This document shows, one piece after another, positions 27,753-40,380 of a DNA stretch of 64,000 nt. A program made the position numbers and the translations under genes. Positions within the stretch are counted from its first letter, which is position 1. The number at the start of each line of letters is the position of its first letter. The notes below the pieces were generated by a model. It was not told where the DNA came from. It did not search any database and worked only from the letters and a program-made list of their open reading frames with translations. Source of the stretch: Antechinus flavipes (taxonomy: Eukaryota); assembly GCF_016432865.1 (NCBI RefSeq), contig NC_067400.1, forward strand, positions 79,422,001-79,486,000, written 5' to 3'.

Positions 27753-29127
27753 TGAAATGCTATTTATAAAGCACTTCATAAACCTTAAAGCATTAAATAA
27801 GGCTAATTTTTATGATTATGATTATTCTCCTGATAATTTATCCTCTGATATACAGCAAATGAAGAAATGTGAATTTATTAAATTTGTTAGTTAGGAAACA
27901 GATTTAGCTTATATTACCTTAAAATGAAGATTTATGAAATTCCCTATGGGTCCTACATCATCTTCTTCCTTGTCACAAACCCAATCTCTATGATTTGATT
28001 CTCTATTATTTCCTTCAATGTCTGGCACAATATGTGGCATGCAAATAATGGACAGTGTAAAAATGAATGCTAAAAATTATAGTAGCCAGAGCAAATGACT
28101 TGGATTTCCCAGGTCAAATTAAATTGATTTACATATATTAGGGGCTAGGTCTTGAGGTTGTCCCTTTGATCCAAATTGAGTTTTTTGTACAGTGATGACA
28201 ATGGACTTGAAACATTTCTAGCCTCCACTGCCATGGCTGAACAGTCATTTGAGGCCTTGCATTTTTTTTTCTCTAAAAATACCTAATAATAATTTCATCA
28301 AAATCTAGACCAAGGTTACCAAGTATTCTATTTAGAGAATATCTAAAAGCAAGTAGTGGAAAGACTATAGAAAGATTATAAAACAACTTTGCTAGATTCT
28401 AAATTAGAAAATTTAAGGTTGACGATGTAGATTAAAAAATTACCAAATTTATGATTGTTAAAAGGTTTTCTTCTCACCTAATTCATTACACTATTAGTTC
28501 ATTTAGCTATCACCACAGTTTCTGGCATTTCCATCTGCATCAAAAAGTACCTCACAGAGAACTGCTTGAGAAAATGTGTAAAGTATTGTACAAAAAAAAC
28601 AAATATCATAAAAGCCTCTTTGGCTTTGTGTATCATCTCTATTATATTATTATTATTTGATAGAAATAATAAACTGCTATTGAAAATATGTACCTTAAAA
28701 ATCTTACTGCCTTCTTAAGAGTGCTATTTATTTTTATTATTTATTAAAATAAAAAATATTTTATTTTATTTTAGCCAAATATTTTTGAAAAAGAAATCTT
28801 GCTCAAATTGTAATCAGAATCAAGGAAGAACATAATGTAAGATGCAAAAATCTGCTTTGTGGCCAAATTGTTAATAAGTACATTTTACATACCAAGTTGC
28901 CCCTAGATTTTTATTTGTCATGTTAACATTTCCTTTGCTTCTAGTTGCTAAGATCCTAAGTCATACTCTACTGAACTTGTATTGAACAATCTTCCTGTTC
29001 ATTCTCTAACTGAGGAATCTCTAAATCATCATTTATATAAGTAGAGATTTATTGCTGTGCTAGGGACAGGACTTCCTAAGAATAGGACTGATACATATAA
29101 AGATACAAAGAAGTGGAAGATATCCCT

Positions 29128-29360
29128 AAGGAGAGGTAGGTGGCACAGTATTAGAATACAAAGCCTGAAATCAGAAAGATTCATCTCCCCTAGTTCATAT
29201 CTGCCCTCAGATTCTCTCTACTTATGTGACCCTGTGCAAGTCATTTAACCTAGTTTCCTGGTCTATGAAATGAGCTAGAGAAGGAAACCACTCCAGCATC
29301 TTTGCCAAGAAAACCCCAAATAGCATCAGGAAGAGTCAGACCCGACTGAACAATGACAGA
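29128..29360 (+). mobile_element. MAR1-type CORE-SINE
   Basis: ggtaggtggcacagt head. cactccagcatctttgccaagaaaaccccaaat...gagtcagacccgactgaacaa tail. Confidence 0.9.
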
Positions 29361-29649
29361 ACATAATCTTGCCTTGGAAGGAATTTAAATTTATTTTGGG
29401 AGACAGAACAGAGACATAGAATTATAAAAAATCTCTCTTTCCTGGTGTTTTTGGTTTCTATTTCTCTTTCTTAGGAAGGAGGAGTTGTTGAAGGGAAAAT
29501 CCATCATGTAGACTTCAGCTGACTTGACAAAAGACTCAAGGGAGTCAACTGTTTTAGAAAATGGGAATAAAATTGTGAAGATGAATAAAAGTTTTTAAGA
29601 ATTCAATTCAACAAATATTTATCAAATACCTATTAAGTCTAAAGAAAAA

Positions 29650-29820
29650 TATAGAATCATGGACTGAGAGCTGGAAAGGAGTATACAGTTCAACTCATTT
29701 AAGCCTTTCATTTTACTGATATGGCTAGTGGTCCAAAGACTTGAAGGTCACACACAGGACACTGATAGAGTTAGGATTTGAATTCAGGTCTCTGACTCCA
29801 AATCTTATGATTTTTTCCAA
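29650..29820 (-). mobile_element. MIR SINE
   Basis: ggatttgaattcaggtctctgactccaaa. Confidence 0.65.
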
Positions 29821-30339
29821 TATGCCTCATTGCCTTTTTGTGGGTAGGGCTATGCTGTTTTTACTTTTCTTTTCTTTTCTTTCTTTCTTTCTTTCTTTTT
29901 TTTAGAGGGGGGTGAAGCACATTGAATTATCAATGTTTAAAATATTTTTATGGCACTTGTAAAAAATCTCCTCTAAGTAGCTGGAGATGATTTTCTCCAT
30001 TTCAAATATTAGGAAATGGACTCAGATAATATTATTAAGTCAGTGAGCACACTTCTATTTTACTTTCACTATCACAATCTTTGTGATAAATTCAGTCTTT
30101 GGATTTGAATATTTTGGGCAATCACATGGAAGATATCTCAAAAAGTTAAAACTTCCTTCTGTCCTTAGGAATGTGTGTTTTTTTCTTAACAACAACAACA
30201 ACAACAACAAGTTGTTTCTCTATAAACTGAAAAGGTAGCAGCACAGCTGGATTTAAATGTGAGATTATCACCCTGCTACTAAACGTATAGGTAAAAACAC
30301 AGATGAATTGTTTTAGATTCAAAGGGTGAAGAGTGATTA

Positions 30340-30440
30340 CCAAAGACAAAAAAGTTTTCTTTCTCTCTTTCTTTCTTCCCTTTCTTCTTCCCTCCTTCCT
30401 TATTCTTCCTTTCTTCCTTCTTTTCTCTTTTATCCTCACT
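30340..30440. repeat. Polypyrimidine (CT-rich) low-complexity tract
   Basis: About 80-100 nt made almost only of C/T. It explains the K/R-rich ORFs 30146-30439 and 30279-30494. Confidence 0.85.
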
Positions 30441-31484
30441 CAAGCATATATTCTCCATTGAGTTGAATTGCCATGGTTTGAATTTCAATTTCACATTTGA
30501 CCCAAATAGACAAATTTCTTCATTTGGAAATGGAAATGATAATTGTACTTTTCAGCTTCTTAAGAATGTTCTGGAAATTTAACATGCCCTTCCTCCAATA
30601 TTGCCCTATTCTTCCAGAATGTCATAGTTAAAAATAATGCTTCATCCTTATTTCATTTCCTGGAAGCTAGCCCACTACTTCCTGTCCTTTGTGGGCTCTT
30701 TCTCCTTACGTTCAAAGCTCTAATCACGACTGTTCTAACTGTAATTATTTCCTCATTTTCTACTGTTCTTTCCTTTTCTTTTTAAAACTCATTCTTCTCA
30801 TTTAACTTCTCTCTTTGTAATATTAACCTTTTCTGCAATTTCTACTCTGTTACATAAGCTTTAAATAGTTTTATTTTTACAAATTGTCAAGACCATTTTT
30901 ATTCTCTTTCAAGTTCTCCTTTAAAAATCTTGTATCTTGGTAACAGACTTTTCACTTGTAATGCTGACTTTTCAAATGATCTTTTCCCTTTGCCGTTTAC
31001 TCCTTGCTTTGGTTTCCTGAGTAGCACATTGGCCTTTTGCTTTTGACTGTGGAATGGACTACATTTTTGTGGTGCTCATATGCAGAGCTTGTCCTAAAAA
31101 TAATACATCATGATTTTTTTTTAAATAGCCAATACTAGTAAGATTTTTCAAAAAAAAATTATTAGCAAAACCAAAAGGTCAGATTATAGTTAAATTTCTT
31201 GACTGTCTCGCATGTTAAGGTAACTATTAGATGTTGAAGTTTTATTTTCAACTACTATGTACCTGTATTTAAAACACATAGGAATTACTATTAACTTTTT
31301 CAATTTTACCTTTTATTATTTTTTTAACATTCAAATTACTATACACAGAAATCATAGAAACTTTTAACTTCAGAGTTCCTTGCAAAACAGCTAGAAATGC
31401 TTCTTTCAGATATGTTAAATTTTGGATTTCTCATAGTAATCAGGGTAAAAATTTGATATTGAAATGAATTTTAGTTATTAAGCC

Positions 31485-31960
31485 AAAATTAAGAAAGTGA
31501 TAGGTATTTATTAAGTACCTTATATTTTCAATTGTGTTCTAGACTTTTTAAACATATGATAAACATAAGACATGATCTATATTCTCAATGGGCTTTTCAT
31601 CAAACTGGAGAAATGAGTTTGACACGGAAAACAAAGGATAGCATGAAAATAGTATTTAATTACAAAAGTGCACATATGACAGGCAGATGGCAAGATAGGT
31701 AGAATGTCAAATCAAGTGGCTGGATATGATATGGTTTCTAGGAAAGTTGGTAGATACAATGGACTGAGTGCTAATTTACATGGTTGCCAATCAGTTGGAT
31801 TTAGAATTCAAAGGGATCTTAATCTTAGAGGACATGTAGACTAGTCCTGCTATTTTACAGATTAAGAAACTGATGCTGAGAAAAATAAGTGATTTGTGTA
31901 AGTATAGCCCAAATTTGAACCTAGGTTTTCTGTCTCCAAATCCATTTATCATTAGTCCAC
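31485..31960 (-). mobile_element. L2 tail fragment followed by MIR
   Basis: aggtatttattaagtacct reverse L2 tail. ttttacagattaagaaactga...aaatttgaacctagg reverse MIR. Confidence 0.6.
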
Positions 31961-32357
31961 ACTCCTTGCTGTTGCTTATAAAATGCATTTAGCTGACAAC
32001 AAACAACTGGTACACTGATCCATATATGCCTTTGGCAGATACTGAAGTTGGCCAATGAACTGGCTCCAGAATTTTGAGAAGTGAATTAAACTACTTTGTT
32101 TTTGCTAAACCATATAGTGCTCAAAGAGATCCTTTAAAAAAAATCCAAAAATCAAAACCAAAAAACCACTCTGTCCATCTATACAAAATGCTGTATTATA
32201 AACAATATTGCACACCAAGACAGCCAATTAAACTTGTTTGGTAAATGTTTACATTTAAATTAATTAATTTCAATGCATGAAGAAACAGAACAACTTTTCA
32301 GTTACTCTTTTTAAGTCCTCATCAGTATTCTTTGTTTTTCCATTCATTCTCATGCAC

Positions 32358-32526
32358 TTTTTTTTTTTCTGAGGCAATTGGAGTTAAGTGATTTGTCCAG
32401 GATCACACAGCTAGGAAGTATTAAGTGTCACACAGCTAGGAAGTGTTAAGTGTCTGAGACCAGATTTGAACTCAGGTCCTCTGACTTCAGGACTGGTGCT
32501 CTATCCACTGCACTATCTAGCTGCCC
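32358..32526 (-). mobile_element. WSINE1-type SINE with internal 25-bp tandem duplication
   Basis: Perfect 16-bp TSD ttctcatgcacttttt at 32347-32362 and 32527-32542. Duplicated unit at 32403-32427 / 32428-32452. Confidence 0.95.
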
Positions 32527-35159
32527 TTCTCATGCACTTTTTATCTTATGTGGTCATAGTGAATGAGGACTTTTTTTTCTGAGTCATTTCTCACTGTGCC
32601 ATATTTCACAGTGTTCTAAGATTCTTTGTGTCCTCCAAGCTTGCCAGTCAAGTATTACAGAATTCAGTTACATTAATGTACTACAATTTCTTTAACTATT
32701 CCCTTATTGTTAAATTATTGGATTTTTCCAGTTTTGTTTTTCCCATTTATATGTTGTGTTAAAATAATTTTTGAGCAGATAACTAATTTTTATTGATGGT
32801 GATAACACTTTCAGGGCATATTTCCAAAGATTGGGTTTTTGTTGTTGTTGTTGTTGTATGTGTGTCTTTTTATCTCAATTGCTCTAAGATTTCTTTTTAA
32901 TTAGCATAGCATCTTACATGTAGTAAGTGATTAATAAATGCAGGTTGAATTGGAAGGTTTTCAGTACTGGTCTGGTGCTATGTTGTATGAATATTATATT
33001 AGGTTCAATCTAATTTAGTTTGGAAAGACTCACCACAAGGTTGACTACAGCATTATAATCTTTTCAGCTACAATAACAAATATAGATCATCTACAAAAGT
33101 ATAGAGTATTTTAGGTGATGACCTACCTTGATAAAATTTTTGGATATCTGAATTATTTAAATAATAGGAATTCAGATCAACATTCATATTCTAAAAGAAC
33201 ATTTTATGACATTTTATAAGAGGTTAATAAAATAATAATATATCAAATGTTGGTAAATTCAAAAATATAAAGTAGAAGTCCTGGGAGGGCTTGCATCTTT
33301 TTTATTTTGGTCTTTGTACTCCCATCACTTTGCATAGTGCTTAGGTAACTTAAAACATACTTGTTGAATAAAACAGAATTGAATCAAAAGGTGCAGTAAT
33401 AACATAGTCCAAAGAAAATGGTCAGGTCTTTAAACAGAGGTGAAATAGACAGCTGCCTAGGGAATATTATTAAGAAGGTCTCATGACTTTCCATGATATT
33501 TTGAACTTGTGCCCTCCTTCAAAAGGCTATTTTTACCACCTAATGCATTTTGTGATCTTTGTAATGTTTCTATTGTAACATTAAACAGTATTTGAAGAAA
33601 AATAAGCAGGTGGTCTTTAAATAATTTCAAAATACATTATTCCTAGAAGAAATTAAAAATGGTGCTCAAAAATTATGGACTCTTGGCAGGTGGTCTTCAA
33701 ACATAGTTATTTTCTCAAGCAAACTCTACTATATATTTTGCAATGCAGTCACTGACTAAAAGCTAATAAAACTAAAAACATGAGGAAATACAAAACAAAT
33801 TAGGTGGTAAATATCAAAAGGTGGTCCTACTTAATGCTGTTGTTAAATTTATTGATACACTGGAGTTTCCCTACAATGCAGTCTCACAATATGGACTTTA
33901 TACCACTCCATTAATAAATTCAAGAGCCAAGATCAACTTGCCTCATAGCTGGTTTATGCTGGGCTATAGGGACTCTCCAGGGCATATTGTAATATTACCA
34001 TATTCCACCTACAAGGAGCTCAAGTGTGAATTTAGGCATGGACCTTTTTTAGTTTCTTTTATATTAACCCCTCTTCCCCAACATTATGGAAATCCTATTC
34101 TATAGGAGACATTAAGATATGCTAGAAAATATAATAAATTGATAGTTTTAAAAAATCTGAATTTCAATCCCAGACCTGACTATTTCTATCTTATTATGAT
34201 TGTTGTTAAAGACCCTAAGATCCTTCACTTGGGTGTCCCTGCTCCCATAGAACTTGAAACTCTTTTTACTGTCCCAAATATAATATATTTCTTTGAGACA
34301 TTCAAAATTTAAAATCAGTTAAGGCTACTCCTTCCTGGCCAGTGCCTCTTGTGGCCAAATCACCCTGTAGCTAGTATTGTCACATTAGTATTGGAGAAGA
34401 GTCTTCTTTCAATGTCCAATTGAAACTACCTGCTTATAGAATTGACTACTGCACTGAGAAAGGTGGTGAGCTGCCAGCTCTTTTACAAAACTGTTCATTC
34501 TTTGGTCCATTTTTTTTTCTTTGTAAGTGGTGTAACTTTTATAAGGGAGACATGTTTCCTTAAACAAATTCACTCGGGACAGTCATTTGACTTCTCTGCT
34601 AGATACAATTCATTAAAAGTGTGAGTAGGTTATCCTCTAAATCATTACTAACTACTATAGACATAGTATTAATTGTTATGTGCTTTAGGAAAAAAAAAAG
34701 ACTTCTGAAAAGAGGGAAGAAAAAAAAATCAATTCTTTCTTTGGCTGACCAGAGATTCATCTAATCTGTCTACAGCTGCACTAATTAAATATGCCCTTCT
34801 AGAATTTAGAGCTACCCTAATGAACCTGACATCAATTTTATGGGTACATTCTTTCTCTAGTAATCCCATGACTAAGAGAAAGTGAATCTGAAATTTGGGA
34901 AGAAATAAGGACATGGATATTAGGTTTTTTTTTTTTTAAGAGCAGTAACTCATCAGCATACTTATGTCAATTTTAATGTTCCAGAGAAGTTTCCAGATGT
35001 ATCATTTAATTGGGAACCTTTCTCTGATGGACCATATGTAAATAGTGAACAAAATGGCAAACTAAAATAAAGCTTTGATTTTTAAAAGAATGGCCTTAAT
35101 TCAGATCGTCAAATAGAAAAAACATGCAGTCTTCATGCCTGTAACAGGAATGGGGACCA

Positions 35160-35545
35160 ATTAATCAATCAACAAATACTTATCAAGCACCTAGTGTGTA
35201 TAAGTCATTGTATTTACTGGTAGAGGAGACAACAGATAAAGCACAGTCCTTGTCCTCAAGGAGCGTAAACTCCATTATACTCTAATGAGCTAGGGAGCAT
35301 AGTGGAGGGAGCACTAGATTTGGAATCAGAAAGACCCAAGTTTCACTCCTGCCTCAGATACTTACTAGCTGTGAAATTCTGAGTAAGTCATTTAATATCT
35401 CTGAGTCTCAATTCCCTTCTCTTCAAATTCCCTTCTCTGTGAGGCACCTATCTCATAGGGTTGTTGTGAGCATCAAATGACACAATATAAATAATGCACT
35501 TAAAAATACTTAAAAACATTGTACAAATATTAGCTATCATTCTTA
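35160..35545. mobile_element. L2 tail (minus) followed by MIR (plus)
   Basis: aatcaatcaacaaatacttatcaagcacc, then gcactagatttggaatcagaaagacccaagtt...ctcatagggttgttgtgagcatcaaatga. Confidence 0.75.
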
Positions 35546-36439
35546 TTAATCAGGGAGACAATATATAAATATATAAATGTCTAATTAATGAAACAAAACA
35601 ATATAGTAAGATATGCATAATGCATGATGCGCCTAATCACTCCAAAAGAAAAGAGCTTCAGTTTTTTCCAGGGCTACGAAATAACTACCATGTTTATATT
35701 CCATAAAAGATAATAACTGCTGAACTACTTTACTGAACGACTAGGAAGGGAAAAAGGTGTTGGGTCATGCTGGACTCTCTATCATGAGGATGCTTACTAG
35801 ATTGTCAATCTGTAACTGAGTTTTGAATCTATGGTAGAATGTTCCAGTTGCCGAAAGTCCTTTATCTTTGACTGCCAGTCTTACTGAGCTCTGACATAGG
35901 AACACTCAAGAGAACAGTAAATAGGTCACAAGATTTGTCAATGATGCAGTCACTGTAGAGTTTGTGACAAAGATTCATCACTTTCCATCCTTAGGTATAG
36001 CCTGTAGCCTGCAGCACAATGTGATATACAAGAGGTCCCCAAGGACATACATAGTACAATGAAACACAAAGATGACCACATAGAAACATGAGTCCTGAAA
36101 TTATATTGTTATATTTTAAAGAATTATTACAGGGTTCTTTGTTTTTTTCTTTCTTGTATACTAATGTACCACCATTGGGGTAAAATGGACTAGTCTGAAA
36201 CACTGGCCCCGATGACTCTAAATCATTTTGCTTTTTATATACCTCAAAACTGCTTGGTGTGCCATCAGAATAATCTGAGAGATCCACTGACTTCCTTTCC
36301 TCCTTGTGATAACAACAATAAATATATATACCATTTATAATATGACACTTTGCCTTAGGATGCTAGAGTTGTGCTTATCATCAAGTGAATAATTTAAGAA
36401 GCAGGTGTTTTGCAGAACAATGGACAAAGAAAAAAACCA

Positions 36440-37700
36440 ATAAAGCAGTTGTGGATTCAATACTCACTCATTCCCTGAAAATTAATTGAGTTTTTCATAA
36501 CTTTCTAAGAATAAAAGCTATTCCAGAGTTCAGGAGCTCCCACTGATGTATTTATTTTGTCTGGTCAGCCAGGTGCATAGTTTTAAAATAATGACAGACT
36601 GACATAATCCTCCATAAACTTGGGGATCCTTTACCCATAAATATGTAGACTTTTTTCTGAAGTAATTGGGGTAAAGTGACTTGCCCAAGGTCACACATCC
36701 AGGAAATGTTAAGTGTCTGAGGCCAGATTTGGACTCAGGTCCTCCTGATTTCGGGGCTGGTAATCTATCCCTACACCAAGTAGCTTTCAGTGAGGAGAGT
36801 GGATATGAAAAGGGATAACCTGAGAGTTATATACTTGTAGTGAGGGTACCTGTGGGGGGAGCACATATTCAAAGAATGCATGTCACCAAGGAATATGAAT
36901 GAAAAATCAATTCACAATTCTTTAGTTAAAGAGTTGCTGACGTCTTTTACTTATTCCATTGTGTTACTCTTCCTCCCTTTCTGGATGCAATGTCTCAGCT
37001 GCTTCCCAAAGTGATCATACTTCTTATGTTTTCTGTCAGGTATGATAATACTCTATTAGCTGTCATATCTCTGTAATAGCAGATAGCTCTTCAAATTATT
37101 TCCAGATACTTTATATACTATTCTGGATCCACAGATCCTACGGTGGTTGATCCTGAAGGATGCTGTGATTAATAAGCCTTACATCCTGCAGGGAGAAGCT
37201 ACAGCTCTTCTAGTCATCCACTGAGTATTAGCTAATAGTTTTTGTCTGAGATGCTTTGTTCAAAGACATTTTGCTATTCTGTCCATGATCAAATATAGAA
37301 GATCTATGGATTTTCCATCTAACTTTTTCAGGTAATACTTATTATGAATATTCTTTTTAGTCAGTGAGTAGGAGTCTCTTCCTCTTAACCAGGTTGCTTG
37401 TAAAAGTTGGCACATATATTTAAGCTAAGGTCATATTGGCTCTTTGAAGGCTTCGTGCCTTCATATATCCTTTATTTCAAATCAGCTTCCAACTGACCAG
37501 AAACTCATTTTATTTCATAATTTTTGTTATACCCCACCAGCTTGTGGGGAAAATATTAAAAGGATTTTGCATCTTTCACTGGAAAAGTTGCTATGAAAAT
37601 TGCTTTTAATCTCAATTATGTTTCCCAACTGTATGTTAAATCAAATGGTCTGACCTGGTTGGAAGAGACCAAAAACTTTGAAAACTCAACCTTTTTTCCA
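36440..37700 (-). mobile_element. Decayed RTE-clade LINE (endonuclease-linker-RT start), interrupted by WSINE1
   Basis: Minus-strand remnants DV...INHRRICGSRIVYK (SDHR-like), KGRKSNTME*VKDVSNSLTKRIV and ADQ..ILRKL. Apparently the same region as the 16.7-17.6 kb copy. Confidence 0.4.
36651..36788 (-). mobile_element. WSINE1-type CORE-SINE
   Basis: aattggggtaaagtgacttgcccaaggtcacaca...gtgtctgaggccagatttggactcaggtcctcc. Confidence 0.88.
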
Positions 37701-40019
37701 TTCTCCCTGACTCAGAACAACAAATTACAGCCTGGTCTGTACACTGAAGAATTTTAGAAATTCCAGAAATAATTTCTATGACCTAGTCATCATCTTTTGG
37801 GAGAATGAATCACTGATGGGCTCTTTATTGAGGATGAGTTTATCCAGGTAATTATATCCTCACGTATGTAGGATATTTTTCTCAAAACTCATGACACTTG
37901 TCTATAGACCTGAAAAGCACTACTATCCTAAGACAAATCTATTCTACTTTCTTCTACTCTGAGTGCAAAATGACCATGTTTTGGTGTCACCATTTCCAGA
38001 AAATAAATGGAACAGTCTGTGTATCAATGAAACGGCCACCAGATGAGAGAACAAGCGCACCTAGGGCTCATTTATAATATGAGTATTTTCATCAGGCTCA
38101 TTTTTTTTTGGCATAAATTTGGGTCTTATCAAACCTCTCTGACTCATGGCTTCATTTTGATCAGCTTATACTGATACCACAATATTGCACTGAATGGAAA
38201 AGAGGTGATCAACAGAATAGCTGTCTAAAAATAATTGAAAGACATAAACACGAGTTATCTAACCATAAAGGACATAATTTAAAGGAAAAATCACAATTTC
38301 TTTCCTCTCCTCCCTCCTGCCAGAAGGCTATCTTGTTATCTTGGCTATGCAACGTGTAGCATATCTAAGGATCATTCACATAAAAGCACTAGCTACAGGC
38401 TATCTCTTTTGTGGTCTAATATTGATTCTTAAATTAAAAAGATTAAAAGTATGTACTACATGCAAAATTACTTGGCAAAATCTTTCAAAGGTACATACTT
38501 TTCTACAGGAAGTTACCAGGGAGACTTGATCAAGTATTCATATATATTGATTTTTTTTTCTGAGCTATTCCAAAGTATGACCTTCTTGATTACAGCAGAC
38601 TACTTTTCAAAATGTTTCAAAGTGTTTCTATATCTATCAAAAAATTCTGTTGCAAAATCACAGTCCTGAACTATTTATTTCAAGTAGGTAGATTTCCAAA
38701 TGGTCTTATTTCTTACAATAGGTTCTTAATTGTGTGGGTTCAAAAATTTGTGTACTTTAATTCTATAATATATCCAGAAAAAGTCAGATTCAAAAAAATA
38801 ATTAAAGAAAAGGATGCTTAGGAGGGGTTTGTTGACGGAGTCTGGACAAGGTTTGCCAGGATTCTGATTGTCACAACATATGACCCAAGGTGCAATACCA
38901 GGAGTCAACCCTATTATGGGGAAGTATCTATGCAAACAATATTTTTAAGACTCAGTGATTTCAATGACGTGGATACTTTTTTCATCAAAGCAGATCATAA
39001 TGCTTTTTCTTCCAGAGTTTCTGAGGCTAAAAAAAAATTCTCACCCTGTAGTCAATGTGGTGATGAGAATGTCTGGACTTAGGTCCTTAGGTTTTCAGCT
39101 GGCAAAAATGCAATCCATTACCAAGTCCTTACTTGAAACTATTCCAGCTTGTTAGGGCCTACCAGAGCTTGTGTTTATCTGGCAGGGTCTTTGAAAACTC
39201 AGGTTCCTCTCCATATCTCAGTGAATCATAACAGGAAGTTTCAATATATTTTTAATTCATTGAAATGTTTTTCATTCTCAAGACCAGCTTCAAATATCTT
39301 TATCCATACTAAGATGAACATTTGCAAGAAAAACAGAAGTACACTAAAGATGCATTTCTGTTTGAAACTACTTTTCACTTAAAAAAAATAACTATAATTG
39401 TAAGCTTTTGTTCAGAACTATAGAGTGGAACTAAGGTTGGATCCTACCAATATAATTGAGGTTTATAACATATAATTCCAAAGTACAGATATGTCTGCGT
39501 GGCATTACTATGTTGATCAAATATAAAACCATGTCCTTTGGAGTTATTTGACAACAATAGACCATACTGAGCATGTTATCTTGAACTTAGTGTTGATTTT
39601 TTGACTAACCCTTTAAAAGGTCCACCACAAAATGAAGGAAGCAATAGTGCTTTTTTGGGGGGCCACAACTACCAAAATGGCATAACCTGGTATTTTCAAA
39701 ACCACAAGTAAAATAGAGTTGACTTCCCACAAAAATATCCAAATCTTAAGATTTTTTTTTAACATTAAGAGACAGCAGAGGGGCATTAGGTATAACTTCT
39801 AGTCAAATTTTGGTGCAAAACTGGAAGGTTTATTCCTTTGAATTTTAAGCAGTTCTATGCTGTAATGATTTTAGTATAAGATTAGCTCAAAGCACTTTGA
39901 CATCAATGAATTACTATCATATTGAAGGCTTGCTCATTTCTAGTTCTTTTTTCTTTTTTTATTTTCATCCAACAAAACAAGATTAGAGAAGGAAACAGTT
40001 AAACTAGGCTGGAAAATAA

Positions 40020-40380
40020 GTAATTTGTCACAAAGAAAGTAGGATTGACTTGGCCAAGAAAAACACATAGGAAGTAGAAGGGCAGAAAGAATGTAGGATG
40101 TCCTGGGACATGAGCAAAGGCATGAAGGTGGGAATGTTTAATGGGAGGAGGGCAAAAAGAAGAAAGATGGTCATCCAGATGGCAGATATGAGCAAATTTA
40201 TTTTAAAAAAGAGAATATATGAGCCATGTTTTAGGAAATAAGAATAGATCAGATGTTTGAAGTAGAAGGCTCTCATACAAAGGATCAGTCAGAAATAAGG
40301 TGAGAAAGATTGACTGGGAATACCAATATCAGATCAAGGAGATGAAACTTTATTATGTAGACAAGTAATGACCACTGAAG
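40020..40380 (-). mobile_element. L2 fragment
   Basis: Purine-rich reverse L2 3' region (aaagggcatgaaggtgggaat...aaggtgagaaagattgactggga). Confidence 0.55.

Noticed and set aside
30146-30494. K/R-rich ORFs resembling NLS-rich proteins
   Set aside because: Translation of a CT-rich low-complexity tract.
34729-34790. Minus-strand cag|CTGTAGACAGATTAGATGAATCTCTGGTCAGCCAAAG as the missing short upstream PARD3B exon
   Set aside because: The peptide (AVDRLDESLVSQRKN) does not match the expected VPDESKVHSLAGQKS-like sequence, and there is no GT donor before the stop.
38726-39155. GC-richer patch with several short overlapping ORFs
   Set aside because: No recognisable protein similarity or consistent splice signals, so it was left unannotated.
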